A stretch of DNA of 64,000 nt, from positions 195,275-259,274 of the forward strand of contig NIVC01000740.1 in NCBI GenBank assembly GCA_002269645.1, in the 5' to 3' direction. This stretch comes from Macrostomum lignano. Taxonomy: Eukaryota. Positions 25,700-37,606 of this stretch are shown here, in pieces. The translations under genes and the position numbers were made by a program. The notes below the pieces were generated by a model. That model saw only the letters and a list, made by a program, of their open reading frames with translations, had not been told where the DNA came from and ran no database searches. Each line of letters opens with the position of its first letter. Position 1 is the first letter of the stretch.

Positions 25700-28577
25700 T
25701 TAAATAACATTTTTAAATATGAAAATCAGCACCCTCTGCGCAAATTTTTAATAACAATATTTGTTGTTAATATGTACGCTCGTAAGTACGGTTGAATTTT
25801 TAAAAGAGCGCTTCGAATCACTTCGTACTGACCTGCTTGAGGAAATTTTCCAGGCTGAACAAATTCGATTTTTGCAGTGTCCACAGCGTTTGTTCATGCA
25901 CACTATGCGGCTTGCGGCAACGATCCATTTTGTGACCAGCATCAGGTGCGATGCAGAGTTGATCCTGCCTGGCATTTGGACGGCAGTCTCGAATTCGAAG
26001 CCATTTCGAGTTTCCCTTCTTGGCCACCAACAGCCAGGACTCCTGGCACTCATGCAGACCAGCGGGCCCGATGTCCTTTTTCAGTGTATAGTGCACCTGA
26101 TCCTCCGATTCACAGCAGTTGTCGCAGCCGAGACGCCAGCAATTGCCTTGCTCGATCATCGATGTTGGAAACCTGGCCTGCGATTGAAAAGTTTTTTCAT
26201 AATGACCAGAGGTTTTGGTATAGACTGTTAGACCATAGACTATAGACTATTCAGTGAAGACCATAGACTATATAGAGACTATTCAGTAAAGACCATAGAC
26301 TATAGAGACTATTCAGTGAAGACCATAGACTATAGAGACTATTCAGTGAAGACCATAGACTATAGAGACTACTCAGTGAAGACCATAGACTATAGAGACT
26401 ATTCAGTGAAGACCATAGACTATAGAGACTATTCAGTGAAGACCATAGACTATAGAGACTATTCAGTGAAGACCATAGACTATATAGAGACTACTCAGTG
26501 AAGACCATAGACTATAGAGACTATTCAGTGAAGACCATAGACTATAGAGACTATTCAGTGAAGACCATAGACTATAGAGACTATTCAGTGAAGACCATAG
26601 ACTATAGAGACTATTCAGTGAAGACCATAGACTATAGAGACTATTCAGTGAAGACCATAGACTATATAGAGACTATTCAGTGAAGACCATAGACTATAGA
26701 GACTATTCAGTGAAGACCATAGACTATAGAGACTATTCAGTGAAGACCATAGACTATAGAGACTATTCAGTGAAGACCATAGACTATATAGAGACTATTC
26801 AGTGAAGACCATAGACTAAGACCGTGTTAAGTCAATGTCAATCAGACTCCAGAAAAAATATACCAATATCTCGCATTCTGGACTTCTGTATTGAAAACAA
26901 AGCAATTCTGCTTTTTTCGAAATTGATGCACAAGTTTCTTACGCTAAAGCTGTCAGTCCAGTCAGGTATCATAAATTCTACCAGAGACAAACCGACTAGT
27001 TTGAGCAAAGTGAGCGAAGTTCTGGCGATCCCACTATTTTCGTGCGTTCTATATACGACCTAAGTTAAGTTGCTGTCCATGCTTTACGAGTGTAAGTACA
27101 TGTAGTTTGATGCATTTAGCCACGATTTTTAAACGGCTGTTGAATATAATTTACAATTTACGAGAAAACTCACAGTTTTATCATTTTCTGGCTTAAGATA
27201 TTCCTTGATCCAATTTTTGTCCAGTTGATCCAGACCGGCTGCTCCAGATGCTTCCTCAATTTGTCTTCTTTTGTGCTGGGACACAAAACGTAAGCTCGGT
27301 AGCCGCTCAGCTGCCTCCTTCATCCGGCGAATGCCCTCGGCGGGATCTTGGCCGCTGACCAGGAGAAAGCGGCCGAACTCGAACCGGACGTGAAGCCTCG
27401 TCTTGTTGCTGTCTGCAGCAGCCTGCTCTTCGAGGGCTTCGTATCTCTCACGAAGTTCGACCTTGTCGACAGCTTCTTCATTCTCATTCAGACCCAGCAG
27501 CCTCAGCTGGGCCCAGGTGTTTGTTAGATCGACTTTTTGCAGCAAGTATCTGGCTTTCTGGATTCTGTCCTCGCCAGCATCTTTTGTTTTGATGAAGTAC
27601 AGAGCGCACTGGAAAGCGAAATCGCTCTTCAGGAACTCGCTATCTGACAGAGTCTCGCCAGTCTTCAAAACCTTCAGCTCCTTGTTCTTGAGCCTTTTCT
27701 TGAGAATTTGGTCCTGGTCTCCTTGGATTGGCACTTTCTTCCACTGCACCATTTTTGTCAGTCCGCGATAGACTTTGCAGCAGGTGATGTATACCTGGAG
27801 GTGCTCGCCTGCAAACTGAACCGCCTCATCTGCCAGCTGCTCAGACTTGTTGAAATGAACAGCGGAGTACGCGAGGGCCTCAGCGAACCGAGCCAGAAAC
27901 ATCGGGTGCTGGACTTTACATTTGTCCAGAATCCTCTTAGCCTCATCCCACAGCTCCACTCTTTCCTCTCCAATCTCAGCACTGAGGTCCGCCTGACGCC
28001 TCTGCATGGCCATCGCCTCTGCCAGACCGAAGCGCCAGTGGAAGCTCTGGACCGACTGCTCCAGATGGTGCTCCACCTCCAGCTTCAGGGCCTCCCGGAA
28101 CGCCTTCGCGGCCTCCTCCAGCTGCTGCCTCCCGAAGCTGAGCAGAGTCCAGCCTTTGGCGCCCCAGACTGAGGCCCGGACCTGCGGCTTCTGCCACTCA
28201 TCAGAGAGCTTCTGAAGCATCATCTGCTCTTGCTGCTCATCTGGGTGGAATTTGTTCATCAGGTGCAGCTCCGTGGCCTCGATCAGGAAGGCCACATCCA
28301 TGGTTAAAGGTGAATTAGCATTCAAATCCAGCTTTGCTTCGTTAAGGTACTTCAGACACCGTGCTTCATCACCAGGTTGCTCCAGCATGTGCACGTAGAC
28401 CAGACTCAGCAGGTGCAGCCCCTTTAGTCCGAGCTGGGTGTCCATCCTGCCTTGCAAGCTGCTGACGAGTCTGTCGATGCTCTCTGGGCTCTCGGCAAGT
28501 TTCGGCCTCCACTGGAAGTGACACGGAACCTCGCCCAGGCTCTTGAAAGACTCCGCTGGATTGTTGAGTTCCGCCAT
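25700..28577 (-). CDS. IFIT-like tetratricopeptide-repeat protein with a C-terminal ZC3H7/HELZ2-like Cys/His module (~630 aa)
   Basis: Exons: 28577-27174 (MAELNN...CHFQW...GAKGWTLLSFG...ALKL...HWRFGLAEA; donor ACT|GTGAGT), 27059-26943 (117 nt, phase 0/0), 26177-25833 (CWRLGCDNC...HECQESWLLV...KWLRIR...LC...CRKPHSVHEQTLW) and a tentative last exon 25735-25700. Otherwise the read-through stop is at 25818. All junctions are phase 0 and in frame. Confidence 0.72.
26230..26820. repeat. 30-bp minisatellite (gactatagagactattcagtgaagaccata)n in an intron of the IFIT-like gene
   Basis: About 19 units, some with a TA insertion. Confidence 0.96.
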
Positions 28578-29099
28578 GGCGAGAACTGACTGTCTGAATG
28601 AACGGGGGGAGGGGGTAGGGTTGGGATCAGCTCTCAGGCAGCTGTCAGACCAGAGAGTCGGACTGACATCAGTGGCTCTACAAATGAAAAAAACCGTTAG
28701 ACCAAGCAAGGAGAACAATTAGTTTTACAAAATTACGAGTAGTAATGTTGGGTTACTTCCTTAGTACTTAAGCAGTAACCCTGTTGTTATATATAAATGT
28801 TGTCTGTTGTCTCTTTCGATTGAAGCTAAAATAAACCTTGATGATGTCCGCTTTGGACGAAAAGCTTTGGCACGAGCTAATTGCACAACATTTTTCCTAG
28901 CTGCTGGTTCTATTTTTGAATCTGACGCTGATCTCAGAAAAATAATAATGGAGGTTACTAAAAAAAGTCACGTACCGGAGCAGCAGTTGACAGATTTGAC
29001 CCAATGGCTCACAAGGTACAGCCTACCTGATCGATATTTTAGTTCCATATTTCTGCTTTAAATAGCTATCCAAATATATACCATATGGTTGAACCTGTT

Positions 29100-29340
29100 A
29101 TGAGGGATTTTTAGTGAAGAAAACTAGCAATCAGCGCCCCCTGTTGGGGAGCCAACATGGTATGGAATAAAAATTATTGAACAAACTACATTTAGCTTCT
29201 GACTACTCCTCAGCCTTGATATCTCAGCAATTCCCCCGACCAGCCTTGACATTACAGCAATTCTCCCCAAGGGTCGCAGCATTAGCAACCTCCCCATGGC
29301 TTGACATCTTAGCAATTGATCCCCAATGAACCTTTTGTGT
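29100..29340. repeat. Second copy of the degenerate repeat seen at 5400-5940
   Basis: Shared cttgacat..tagcaatt motifs. Confidence 0.5.
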
Positions 29341-30559
29341 TTGACATAGCTCTTCTTTTACGTTAGACATGACAAAAAGTTTTCGTTTCACTGGGGAAGG
29401 TGCAAAGTATGAAGTTAGTGCGTTTCGAGAGAGGTTGGCCCCCTGTTCCACATTTCTGTGGGACCAACAAATTTAAAGTTAAGAGACGCAGCTTTATGAG
29501 CTTCAATGACAACTCTCACAGCAGTCATATTCATATCACAGGAGCACCCACGGGTTCGCTTGTAAATTTGCAGCTACTGTTCGAAAATGAAAAGAGCAAA
29601 TTGGCGAGATCACTTACCGAAATATAGATGCTGAGAATGGCTTAGCGACTTTGTAGCACGGCTGGTTTATGTGAGTTGGTTTTGCTGGCCATTAGTTTCA
29701 ATTAGTTTCAGATATAATATACAGTGTATACCATGCAGTCATACATGTACATGTACAATAGTTGGAATGGCAGACCCCCTACGCACTTGAAATCTAATTG
29801 GGGTGGGCGAGAATTTCAGATACAAATACCAGCATATTCTGTTCGCAACTGCACGCTCTGGCTGTGATCGGTACAGTACGGAGCTAAGAGGAAGTTTGGG
29901 GAAATTGAGGGGGAACTTCATTGTTTCTCAATCCTCGTCTCCCTCCTTACGTACATGCGTGACGGAGTCATATCACGGGTCTTGGGTGATTGCGAGCTAA
30001 ATTCAACTGGCTCTCTCGAGGGCCCGATCACAATCTTGTTCAGTTACCACATAGTAAGTCTATACAAAAGAATCCACATTGACTGTACGTGTGGTAGCCC
30101 AGCATTAATGTTGATCGATAATTTCCGCCTTGTCCTAATGGCAACGCCAAGCAACGGACGCTGACGAGCTCGCTCGAACAACAGCAAGTTGAGATGCCTT
30201 CAAGTTTGAGTTAGCAACGCCGCGCCGTGCTACCCACACTCAGTGCAGGTGTTCATGCTTTACCGGCGGTGACAGGTGCGCACTGTGTTTCGTCGACTGC
30301 CTGCTGGCTCGTGCTGTCACCCGAATTTGGTAGGCGGCAGGAATGGCCTTTGTTTTCGCGCTATAACGCTGCTTTTTTTAGGCTGTAGGCATTCTGGCTC
30401 GCGCTCAACGCTTTCGGGGCGAAATCGTCTCAAAAAAACCAGCAGTTTTGCCCATTTCGCAGACTCCAGGGCACATGCATGCGCAAGCGCGCCAACACTG
30501 TATGCTTGGGGGTTGACAAACCCCCTGTGACCAATTTTCCTGCACACAAGCCCCAAATG

Positions 30560-30638
30560 AGCGAGGCCACACAAGGAATCGAACCCGGGTTCTTGGCGGG
30601 AGAGTCGGACTCGGTTCACCACTGAGCTGATCCGCCCC
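30560..30638 (-). mobile_element. tRNA-derived SINE head
   Basis: Minus strand has an A-box-like CAGCTCAGTGG and B box GGTTCGATTCC. No convincing cloverleaf. Confidence 0.45.
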
Positions 30639-31549
30639 GTCCGTAACTGTACGAGTATGGAGGGCGGGGATCCTTGACAGACGGTTAAAGGATGTCGATA
30701 TTTCACCAAAAACTATGAGCACTGGTTTTTAAATCTAAGGAATTCAAGCCTGGACATCCAGTCCAAGGAAGCAGCTTCTTAAAGATGTACTTTAGCAGAA
30801 CAGACAGCTGCCCCTGAACTAGAATGAGCTGCCTCCAGATCTTCTTCTACGAGCTAGAAGCTGAAGCCGCAACAATAGGCTAGCTTGTGTTCGTGAATTT
30901 TGTGTTTCACCTTTGGGATAGTTCTACAGGTGCAACCGAAGGAACTCGAGCTGTCCGGCTTTGACTTGCGTCCGAGCAGCGTACATACCATACTACTTTG
31001 TAATAAACCAAACCAATTGAACTAAAAATACAATTGACTGCTGGTCTTATAGAAATGTCATTACCTGATTATATATTTTTTTAAATCAAACCAAATCAAC
31101 TCGCCTTATCAAAAACATTGAATGTTGAAGTCTGTAACAGTAGAAAGCGTGAAAAAACTGTATTAAAATACAGCCTGATATTTGGTAAATGAGTATGAAT
31201 ATAGATGGATATAGTGCTGCATAATTACTGGTTCTACTCAGAAGCGCTAAGCTGGCTCTAAGAGCGAATGAATAAGACACTAAAAATAGCATCAGCCAGA
31301 GTAGGCACACTGGAGTTACAGCATTTATTTCTCATTAGTATATAGAAAAAGGGAAGCATAAATCAAATTGGAAACATGTAGAAGAAAATTTGTGCTAAAA
31401 TTTACACTCAAAATATTTTTATTTTATAACCAATGCTCAAGCTACACTACTCGGGCAAGCAAGTCAGTAGCATCTAACGAGTGCATTAGCCGGGCGGTGG
31501 GCAACGCGGGTGAAGCGGAGAACATTTTGGACAGCAATAATGTCAGGCA

Positions 31550-32010
31550 GGGGTCCATAGACACGGACAGGTGAGGTCCTTAAACACGGATACACAGGGT
31601 CAATAGACATGGACAGGAGGGGTCAGGCGGGGTCCATAGACATGGACAGGCGGGGTCAGGTGGTGTCCATAGACACGGACAGGCGGGGTCAGGTGGGGTC
31701 CATAGACACGGACTGGCGGGGTCAGGTGGGGTCCATAGACACGGACAGGCGGGGTCAGGTGGGGTCCATAGACACGGACAGGCGGGGTCAGGTGGGGTCC
31801 ATAGACATGGACAGGCAGGGTCAGGTAGGCTCCATAGACACGGACAGGCGGGGTCAGGTAGGCTCCATAGACACGGACAGGCGGGGTCAGGTAGGCTTCA
31901 TAGACACGGACAGGCGGGGTCAGGTAGGCTCCATAGACACGGACAGGCGGGGTCATGTAGGCTCCATAGACACGGACAGGCGGGGTCAGGTGGGGTCCAT
32001 AGACATGGAC
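31550..32010. repeat. 30-bp minisatellite (gtccatagacacggacaggcggggtcaggt)n overlapping the zinc-finger stop codon
   Basis: About 14 units. Confidence 0.95.
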
Positions 32011-32810
32011 AGGCGGCGCGCGTGGGCCCGCAGGTGGCGCACCAGGTCGCCGGGGCGCTGGAAGCCGCGCGGGCAGATCACGCAGTCGAGTCGGCGACCG
32101 GCGGCGATGGCGTCTTCGTCCTCGTGCGCCCGCCGGTGGCTGTCCAGGTGGCTGCGGCGGGCGAAGCGGTGCTGGCAGAGGTCACATTGGAACGGCCGCT
32201 CGTTGGCGTGCAGGCGGCGGTGGCTCAGCAGGGAGCCGCTCTGGGCGAAGCTGCGGCCGCACTGGGCGCAGGCAAAGGGCCGCTCGCCAGAGTGCGTGCG
32301 GCGGTGGCGGGACAGGTCGGTGTTGCGCGGGAACTGCCGGCCGCACTGGTCGCAGCTGAACGGGCGCTCCTCGGTGTGCCGGGCCCGCAGATGGCTGCGC
32401 AGGTTGCTGAGGCGGGCGAAGCTGGACGGGCACTGCTCGCAGCTGAAGGGCCGCTCGCCGCTGTGCACCCGCATGTGGCTGCTGAGGTGGCTCCGCTGGC
32501 CGAAGGCGAGGCCGCAGTCGCCGCAGCGGTGCGGTTTCGCGTGGCTCCGCCGATGCCGAGACAGCTGGCGGAGCTCCGGGAAGCGGCGCGGACAGTCCGG
32601 ACAGCTGAACTGCTCGGCCGCGGCGGCCTCCATGGCGTCAGGCGGCTGGCGCTGGTCGGGCGCGGACTGCCGATCCTCAGTGTGCGGCTGCTGCTGCTGC
32701 AAGTCGGGCATGGCGGGGCGGGGGTCAGAGACCAGCTGCTCAGCCGCGGTGTGCATATATTGGGGCCGGCAGCGGCTCACATGCCGGCTCACTGTGTGGC
32801 AATGCGCCAT
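31986..32810 (-). CDS. C2H2 zinc-finger protein (7 fingers)
   Basis: Seven CxxC-x12-HxxxH(H) motifs with H-SGERPF-type linkers. The true start or upstream exon is uncertain. Confidence 0.9.
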   Translation of the reverse strand: MAHCHTVSRHVSRCRPQYMHTAAEQLVSDPRPAMPDLQQQQPHTEDRQSAPDQRQPPDAMEAAAAEQFSCPDCPRRFPELRQLSRHRRSHAKPHRCGDCGLAFGQRSHLSSHMRVHSGERPFSCEQCPSSFARLSNLRSHLRARHTEERPFSCDQCGRQFPRNTDLSRHRRTHSGERPFACAQCGRSFAQSGSLLSHRRLHANERPFQCDLCQHRFARRSHLDSHRRAHEDEDAIAAGRRLDCVICPRGFQRPGDLVRHLRAHARRLSMSMDPT

Positions 32811-33359
32811 TCACATTTCTGCTGCAGTCCCCACCTCACTGAGCTCTGCTCACAGCTCTCAACACTTCCTCGGACCACCCGGGCCAAGGTGGCTCTTTTC
32901 TAACTTTGCTGCTTTTTATCGGCCTGCCGCACTATCTTGCTGGGCCTCCCTCCCTCTCTCTCTCTCGCTCAGACCACTGGCAGCAATCTATGGGAACACC
33001 TGTGGAACACCTGCCAGAAATGAGACGTCCTTTTCTATTATAAAAAATGGGTGAGCAGGGTGTTCTTCATTTGCCGATAACTCAGCTAGCTCAGCTAAAA
33101 TATGTCAAAGAAACAAGCAAGGTGAAAGACGCACAGGTGTATTGAAATAAAAATAGGGCATGAAACAAAAGTGAAATTGAATAGGAAACCAAAGCGTGTA
33201 TTTGCCATCGGCCTGGCTGTGACCAAGCAGAGCGATTCGTACATTGCGAGCTCAGCTCGGCAGGCCATGAAGTCACTGGGTGCCGCAGCATTAGCTGGAT
33301 ATGAATGAAACTGGCTGCCGCAGCATTAGCTGGATATGAATGAAACTGGCTGCCGCAGC

Positions 33360-35699
33360 TCACACGGGCTTCGTGACCATCAGAGCAGCTGACGGGCACA
33401 GGTCCAGCGTGTACAGCGGCTTCTCCATGTCCTCAGCGGTGAACACCCGCTTTGGGAACAGCGTCATAAGGGCGAAGTCCTCACCAGCCCGGCCGTCTGT
33501 CCGGTTGGTTCGAACGTAGCAGGCCACCGCCGCGAGGCTCTCCTTGGCGCCGAACTGGGTAGTGAGCGGCTGGCCGCCGCCCGACAGGCGGATCTGCAGC
33601 CGGCAGGTGTCGCCGTCCGACACCGCGGCGGGGGTCGCCGCCTTCGGCAGGCTCGGGCCAGACGGCGCGCCAGCGGCAGCCGCAGGGGCAGCCGGTTGAC
33701 CCGCGGCCGCTCGGCGCTCTTCGGCTTCGCGCGCCTCCATCTCGGCGCGGTCCTGCGCGTAGCGCTGCCTAATGCGCGCCAGGTACTCGCGCTGCTCCTC
33801 CTTCTCGCGCCGGCGCGCCTCGGCCTCGCGCTTTAACTCCTGCTCAGCGGACTCCTCGCGCCACTTTTTGAGGCCTTTGCCGTCCGTGCGCCGCTTCCGC
33901 TCGCGCTCCAGCTCCGCCCGGCGCTCCTCAGCCTCCCGCTCTTGGCGCTTCGCCTCCAGCTTGGCCTCCAGCTGGCGCAGCTGCTCCGCCTTCTCCTCGG
34001 CTGTCAGGGCGCGGACCTGCGGTTAGGGCGGGGCGGATTCTGCTTGAGAGCTGAGATGGGGGCGGATTTTGGTTGAGAGCTGAGATGGGGGCGGATTTTG
34101 GTTGAGAGCTGAGATGGGGGCGGATTTTGGTTGAGAGCTGAGATGGGGGCGGATTTTGGTTGAGAGCTGAGATGGGGGCGGATTTTGGTTGAGAGCTGAG
34201 ATGGGGGCGGATCATCCGCTAGTTGGGGGCGGATTATCCGCTAGTTGGGGCGGATCATCCGCTAGTTGGGGGCGGATCATCCGCTAGTTGGGGGCGGATC
34301 ATCCGCTAGTTGGGGGCGGATCATCCGCTAGTTGGGGGCGGATCATCCGCTAGTTGGGGGCGGATCATCCGCTAGTTGGGGGCGGATCATCTGCTAGTTG
34401 GGGGCGGATCATCCGCTAGTTGGGGGCAGTGGCGGATCTGGCATTAGATAATGAGTTCGCTGACATTAACAGCCCTTCCCCAGCTGCTCACCTCCTCCGT
34501 GGACTGGGAGAAGTTGGCGTGGCCGGTCTTGGCGGCGTGGAATTCGGCCTCGGCCGGGCTGCGGAACAACTTGCCGCAGTCGTCGCACTTCAAAGATTTT
34601 GCATCGGCATCGGTGGCCTCCGCCGAGCCGGCGGTGCCTCCCGCCGACTCTCCTGACGCCGCCGACGAAGCAGCTGCCGCGTTGGCTGCCGGCGCGGGCT
34701 CCGGTTCCGGGATCGGGTCGTCAATATCCGGGTCATCCTGGTGGCTGGACAGCCTGCGGAATTTCCGAGGAAAAAGCAGAGTTAGGCAATGTTGGCATTG
34801 CCGAGTCAGCTGGGGTAAGATCGCTACTTGGTTAGAGGCGATTCTCAGCTGAGGTCAGATGGCGGTTCTCATGGTGAGATCGGGGGGCGATTCTCATGGT
34901 GAGATCAGGGGAGGATTCTCATGGTGAGATCAGGGGGCGATTCTCATGGTTAGATCAGTGGGCAATTCTCATGGTGAGATCAGGGGGCGATTCTCATGGT
35001 GAGATCAGGGGGCGATTCTCATGGTGAGATCAGGGGGTGATTCTCATGGTGAGATCAGGGGGCGATTCTCATGGTGAGATCAGGGGGTGATTCTCATGGT
35101 GAGATCAGGGGGCGATTCTCATGGTGAGATCAGGGGGCGATTCTCATGGTGAGATCAGGGGGTGATTCTCATGGTGAGATCAGGGGGCGATTCTCATGGT
35201 GAGATCAGGGGGTGATTCTCATGGTGAGATCAGGGGAGGATTCTCATGGTGAGATCAGGGGGCGATTCTCATGGTGAGATCAGTAGGCGGTTCTCAGGTG
35301 GTATCAGGTGTCAGTAGGGTCAGGGTGGATCCTCGGTTGATGTCAGAGAGTGACTTAGGTCTATCAAAATTCAAAGCCAAAATCGACAAACTAAATAAGT
35401 TATTACATTGTTACGATATTACTTGTAATATTAGTATACTCGTACTGATTAAACCAGCAAAAACATGAGTTTGAGAAACTTTAAGTAATACACTGGACTT
35501 ACCAGTCCATTGCTGCTTCAATCCCTTTGTTCCCTGACTTCAACAGAGCTTTTTTTCTAAAAAAAAAAGACAAAATAACGATTTCACTGGCAATGTAGCT
35601 TGTAGACATAGCAAGTGATTTATTTGGCATTTCTTACGCTCTGATTTCGGAGAAACCCATGTCTAAGAGCATGCTCAGGTTGGAGTCATTGGATGACAT
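33360..35699 (-). CDS. UBXN1: UBX domain-containing protein 1 (UBA + coiled coil + UBX), 4 exons
   Basis: Exons: 35699-35638 (MSSNDSNLSMLLDMGFSEIR), 35555-35503 (KALLKSGNKGIEAAMDW), 34753-34492 (LSSHQDDP...CDDCGK...HAAKTGH...STEE) and 34016-33360 (coiled coil, RLQIRL...FPKRVF...LCPSAAL*). The exon 1/2 junction is 1 nt out of frame as sequenced. Confidence 0.9.
34030..34430. repeat. Adjacent 29-bp and 22-bp minisatellites in UBXN1 intron 3
   Basis: (gagagctgagatgggggcggattttggtt)n followed by (gggggcggatcatccgctagtt)n. Confidence 0.93.
34865..35285. repeat. 25-bp minisatellite (cagggggcgattctcatggtgagat)n in UBXN1 intron 2
   Basis: About 16 units. Confidence 0.94.
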
Positions 35700-35984
35700 G
35701 GCAGATTCGACTGTTGCATGAAGTATTGGATTTGAAAGCTCATTTGTTTAATTGACTTAATTTGAAGGTTTAAGATAAATTATAATATCTGGTTCTTGTA
35801 TTTTACAAGTAAAAATTATAATTTATAATTAGTTAGAAAAAATGTATGCATTATATGTACATGCAATGTGTGTAAGGCCTTGTCTATTTCGTTCAATTAA
35901 TAATGCTTTTTGCACAAATTGAATTTGCACCAAATCTCTGAAAAATATTTTGTTGAAATATTTATACATGTAATTCAACAGGCC

Positions 35985-36210
35985 AGGGGGTTGTAGCCTA
36001 GAGGTTAGAAAGTTGGACTCACGACTGAAACTGAAAAGTCGGGGGTTCAATTCCCAATCCCACTGGAACAATTTGTGTTCATGAGCAAGACACTTAACTC
36101 TGCATTGCTTCAGTTCACCCAGCTGTAAAATGGGTGCCAGCATTAGCTGGGGTAATTGAGGGTGTGTGTGACAACCCCCAAGTCCTTGGACTGAACAGCT
36201 ATACTTACTT
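35985..36210 (+). mobile_element. tRNA-derived SINE, older CpG-decayed copy
   Basis: A box TAGCCTAGAGG and B box GGTTCAATTCC. The body GAGCAAGACACTTAACTCTGCATTGCTTC...CACCCAGCTG is shared with 56470-56742. Confidence 0.8.
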
Positions 36211-37239
36211 GACAATGACAAATTTTTTAAAGTAAGATGGGGAAAGCCTCTTTTTATTCTTTATTTTTAAGCAAAAATCTAATTTTCTAGGCGATTTCAA
36301 ATCTGCACAAAAACTAAAAAACAAACTTTTTGTTTAAATACTCATATTTTTCTAAATATTTTTGTGATTTTTTGTTTTAAATGAACCAAGAAAATAGTAT
36401 AAATAGATGCAAATTTTCAGACAAGAGAATCAACCTTGCCCACTGTGGTTACATATAATCAATAATAAACTAGGCCTAGCAGTTAACAAGAAGTGTTCCA
36501 AGTGAAATTAAATCTTTGAGAATTCAATTTGACTTGGTTAATTTTCTGAGTAAAGTAGAAGGATTATAAGAATATACCATATATACTACTGAGAAGTAGA
36601 AAACCATAGTAAAAGAGACAAAGTAGATCTTGAAGCAGACATATAGAGGCCATGACCTTCTAATCTCAGAAATGCCCAGGACTAGAAAGATCAATACATG
36701 CAATCCATATACTAGTAGAATATATACTGCTCAGATCAGATATTTATATATATAACACTACTAGAATTAATTAAGAATGCTACCAATGGAATAATAATGC
36801 TACCAGTAAGAAATAGGAAATACTAAGAACTATTACTTAGACTAATACTTAGATATATACTCAGACTTAGACAAATATTCAGTTACATATACTAAGAATA
36901 AAAGTCCTGCAACGACTGAAAGAGAACAACATAACCATCGGGAAGGATAAGTGCAAGTTTTTAGTGGATTAAAATAATCTTCATGGGAATGCTGCTAACT
37001 TGCAAGGATATTTAGGGTCTCAACCAATTCTAAGAAAGTAGAGAATTAGCATAGGAACAACTAGGTGGAAGCTTTTAGGACATTTACAGAGACTGAAGCA
37101 AGACCTTAGTGACACCACACTCTCAAATCTGCTATATGGTACGCTAGAAAAAATGACCCCCTATACCATAAATTCAAATTTACACCACAAAAGACTAATT
37201 TACTTGTGATCTATATATGCCAGAAATTATCAAAAAAGC

Positions 37240-37606
37240 ATTTCAACAATAAAGGATTTTTTTGTTGCAGCAATACAAGAATAATTTTTTCTTGGAATTG
37301 GGATCAGGATTTGGGATTAGGTCTTTTAGTATATTGAAGTTTGTAGGTCCATATAAAGTTAAACAAAATTGAGCAAAAAATGTCAATATCAAAAGTAAAA
37401 CACAACAAAATTGATGCAAAGTTTGGTAATTAACAAAGTAATAACATAATGAATACAAGTTAAAACAAAATAAATTTAAATAATTATTAATTCTATAAAC
37501 TTTTGATCAAAAGAACTGTTCCCAATTCTTGTGTTTTTTAGGATTGGGATCCTAGTCCCACAGGAACACAATTTTCCTTGGGATCCTAAGATTTTGGGAT
37601 TGGGAT
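37240..37606 (-). mobile_element. Old non-autonomous deletion derivative of the adjacent hAT family (its terminus continues at 42947-42960)
   Basis: The reverse complement matches both subterminal regions of the 37607-42938 element, with CG replaced by CA/TG/TA. Confidence 0.75.

Noticed and set aside
31086-31310. Hydrophobic ORF start as another signal peptide
   Set aside because: It begins at GTG with no ATG, has no phase-1 donor and no downstream Cys exon.
31609-33054. 481-aa plus-strand ORF
   Set aside because: It is minisatellite plus the antisense shadow of the GC-rich zinc-finger exon.
35985-36070. tRNA genes at 35985, 56470 and 30560
   Set aside because: A/B boxes are present, but there is no acceptor stem or cloverleaf and the sequence continues into a SINE-like body.
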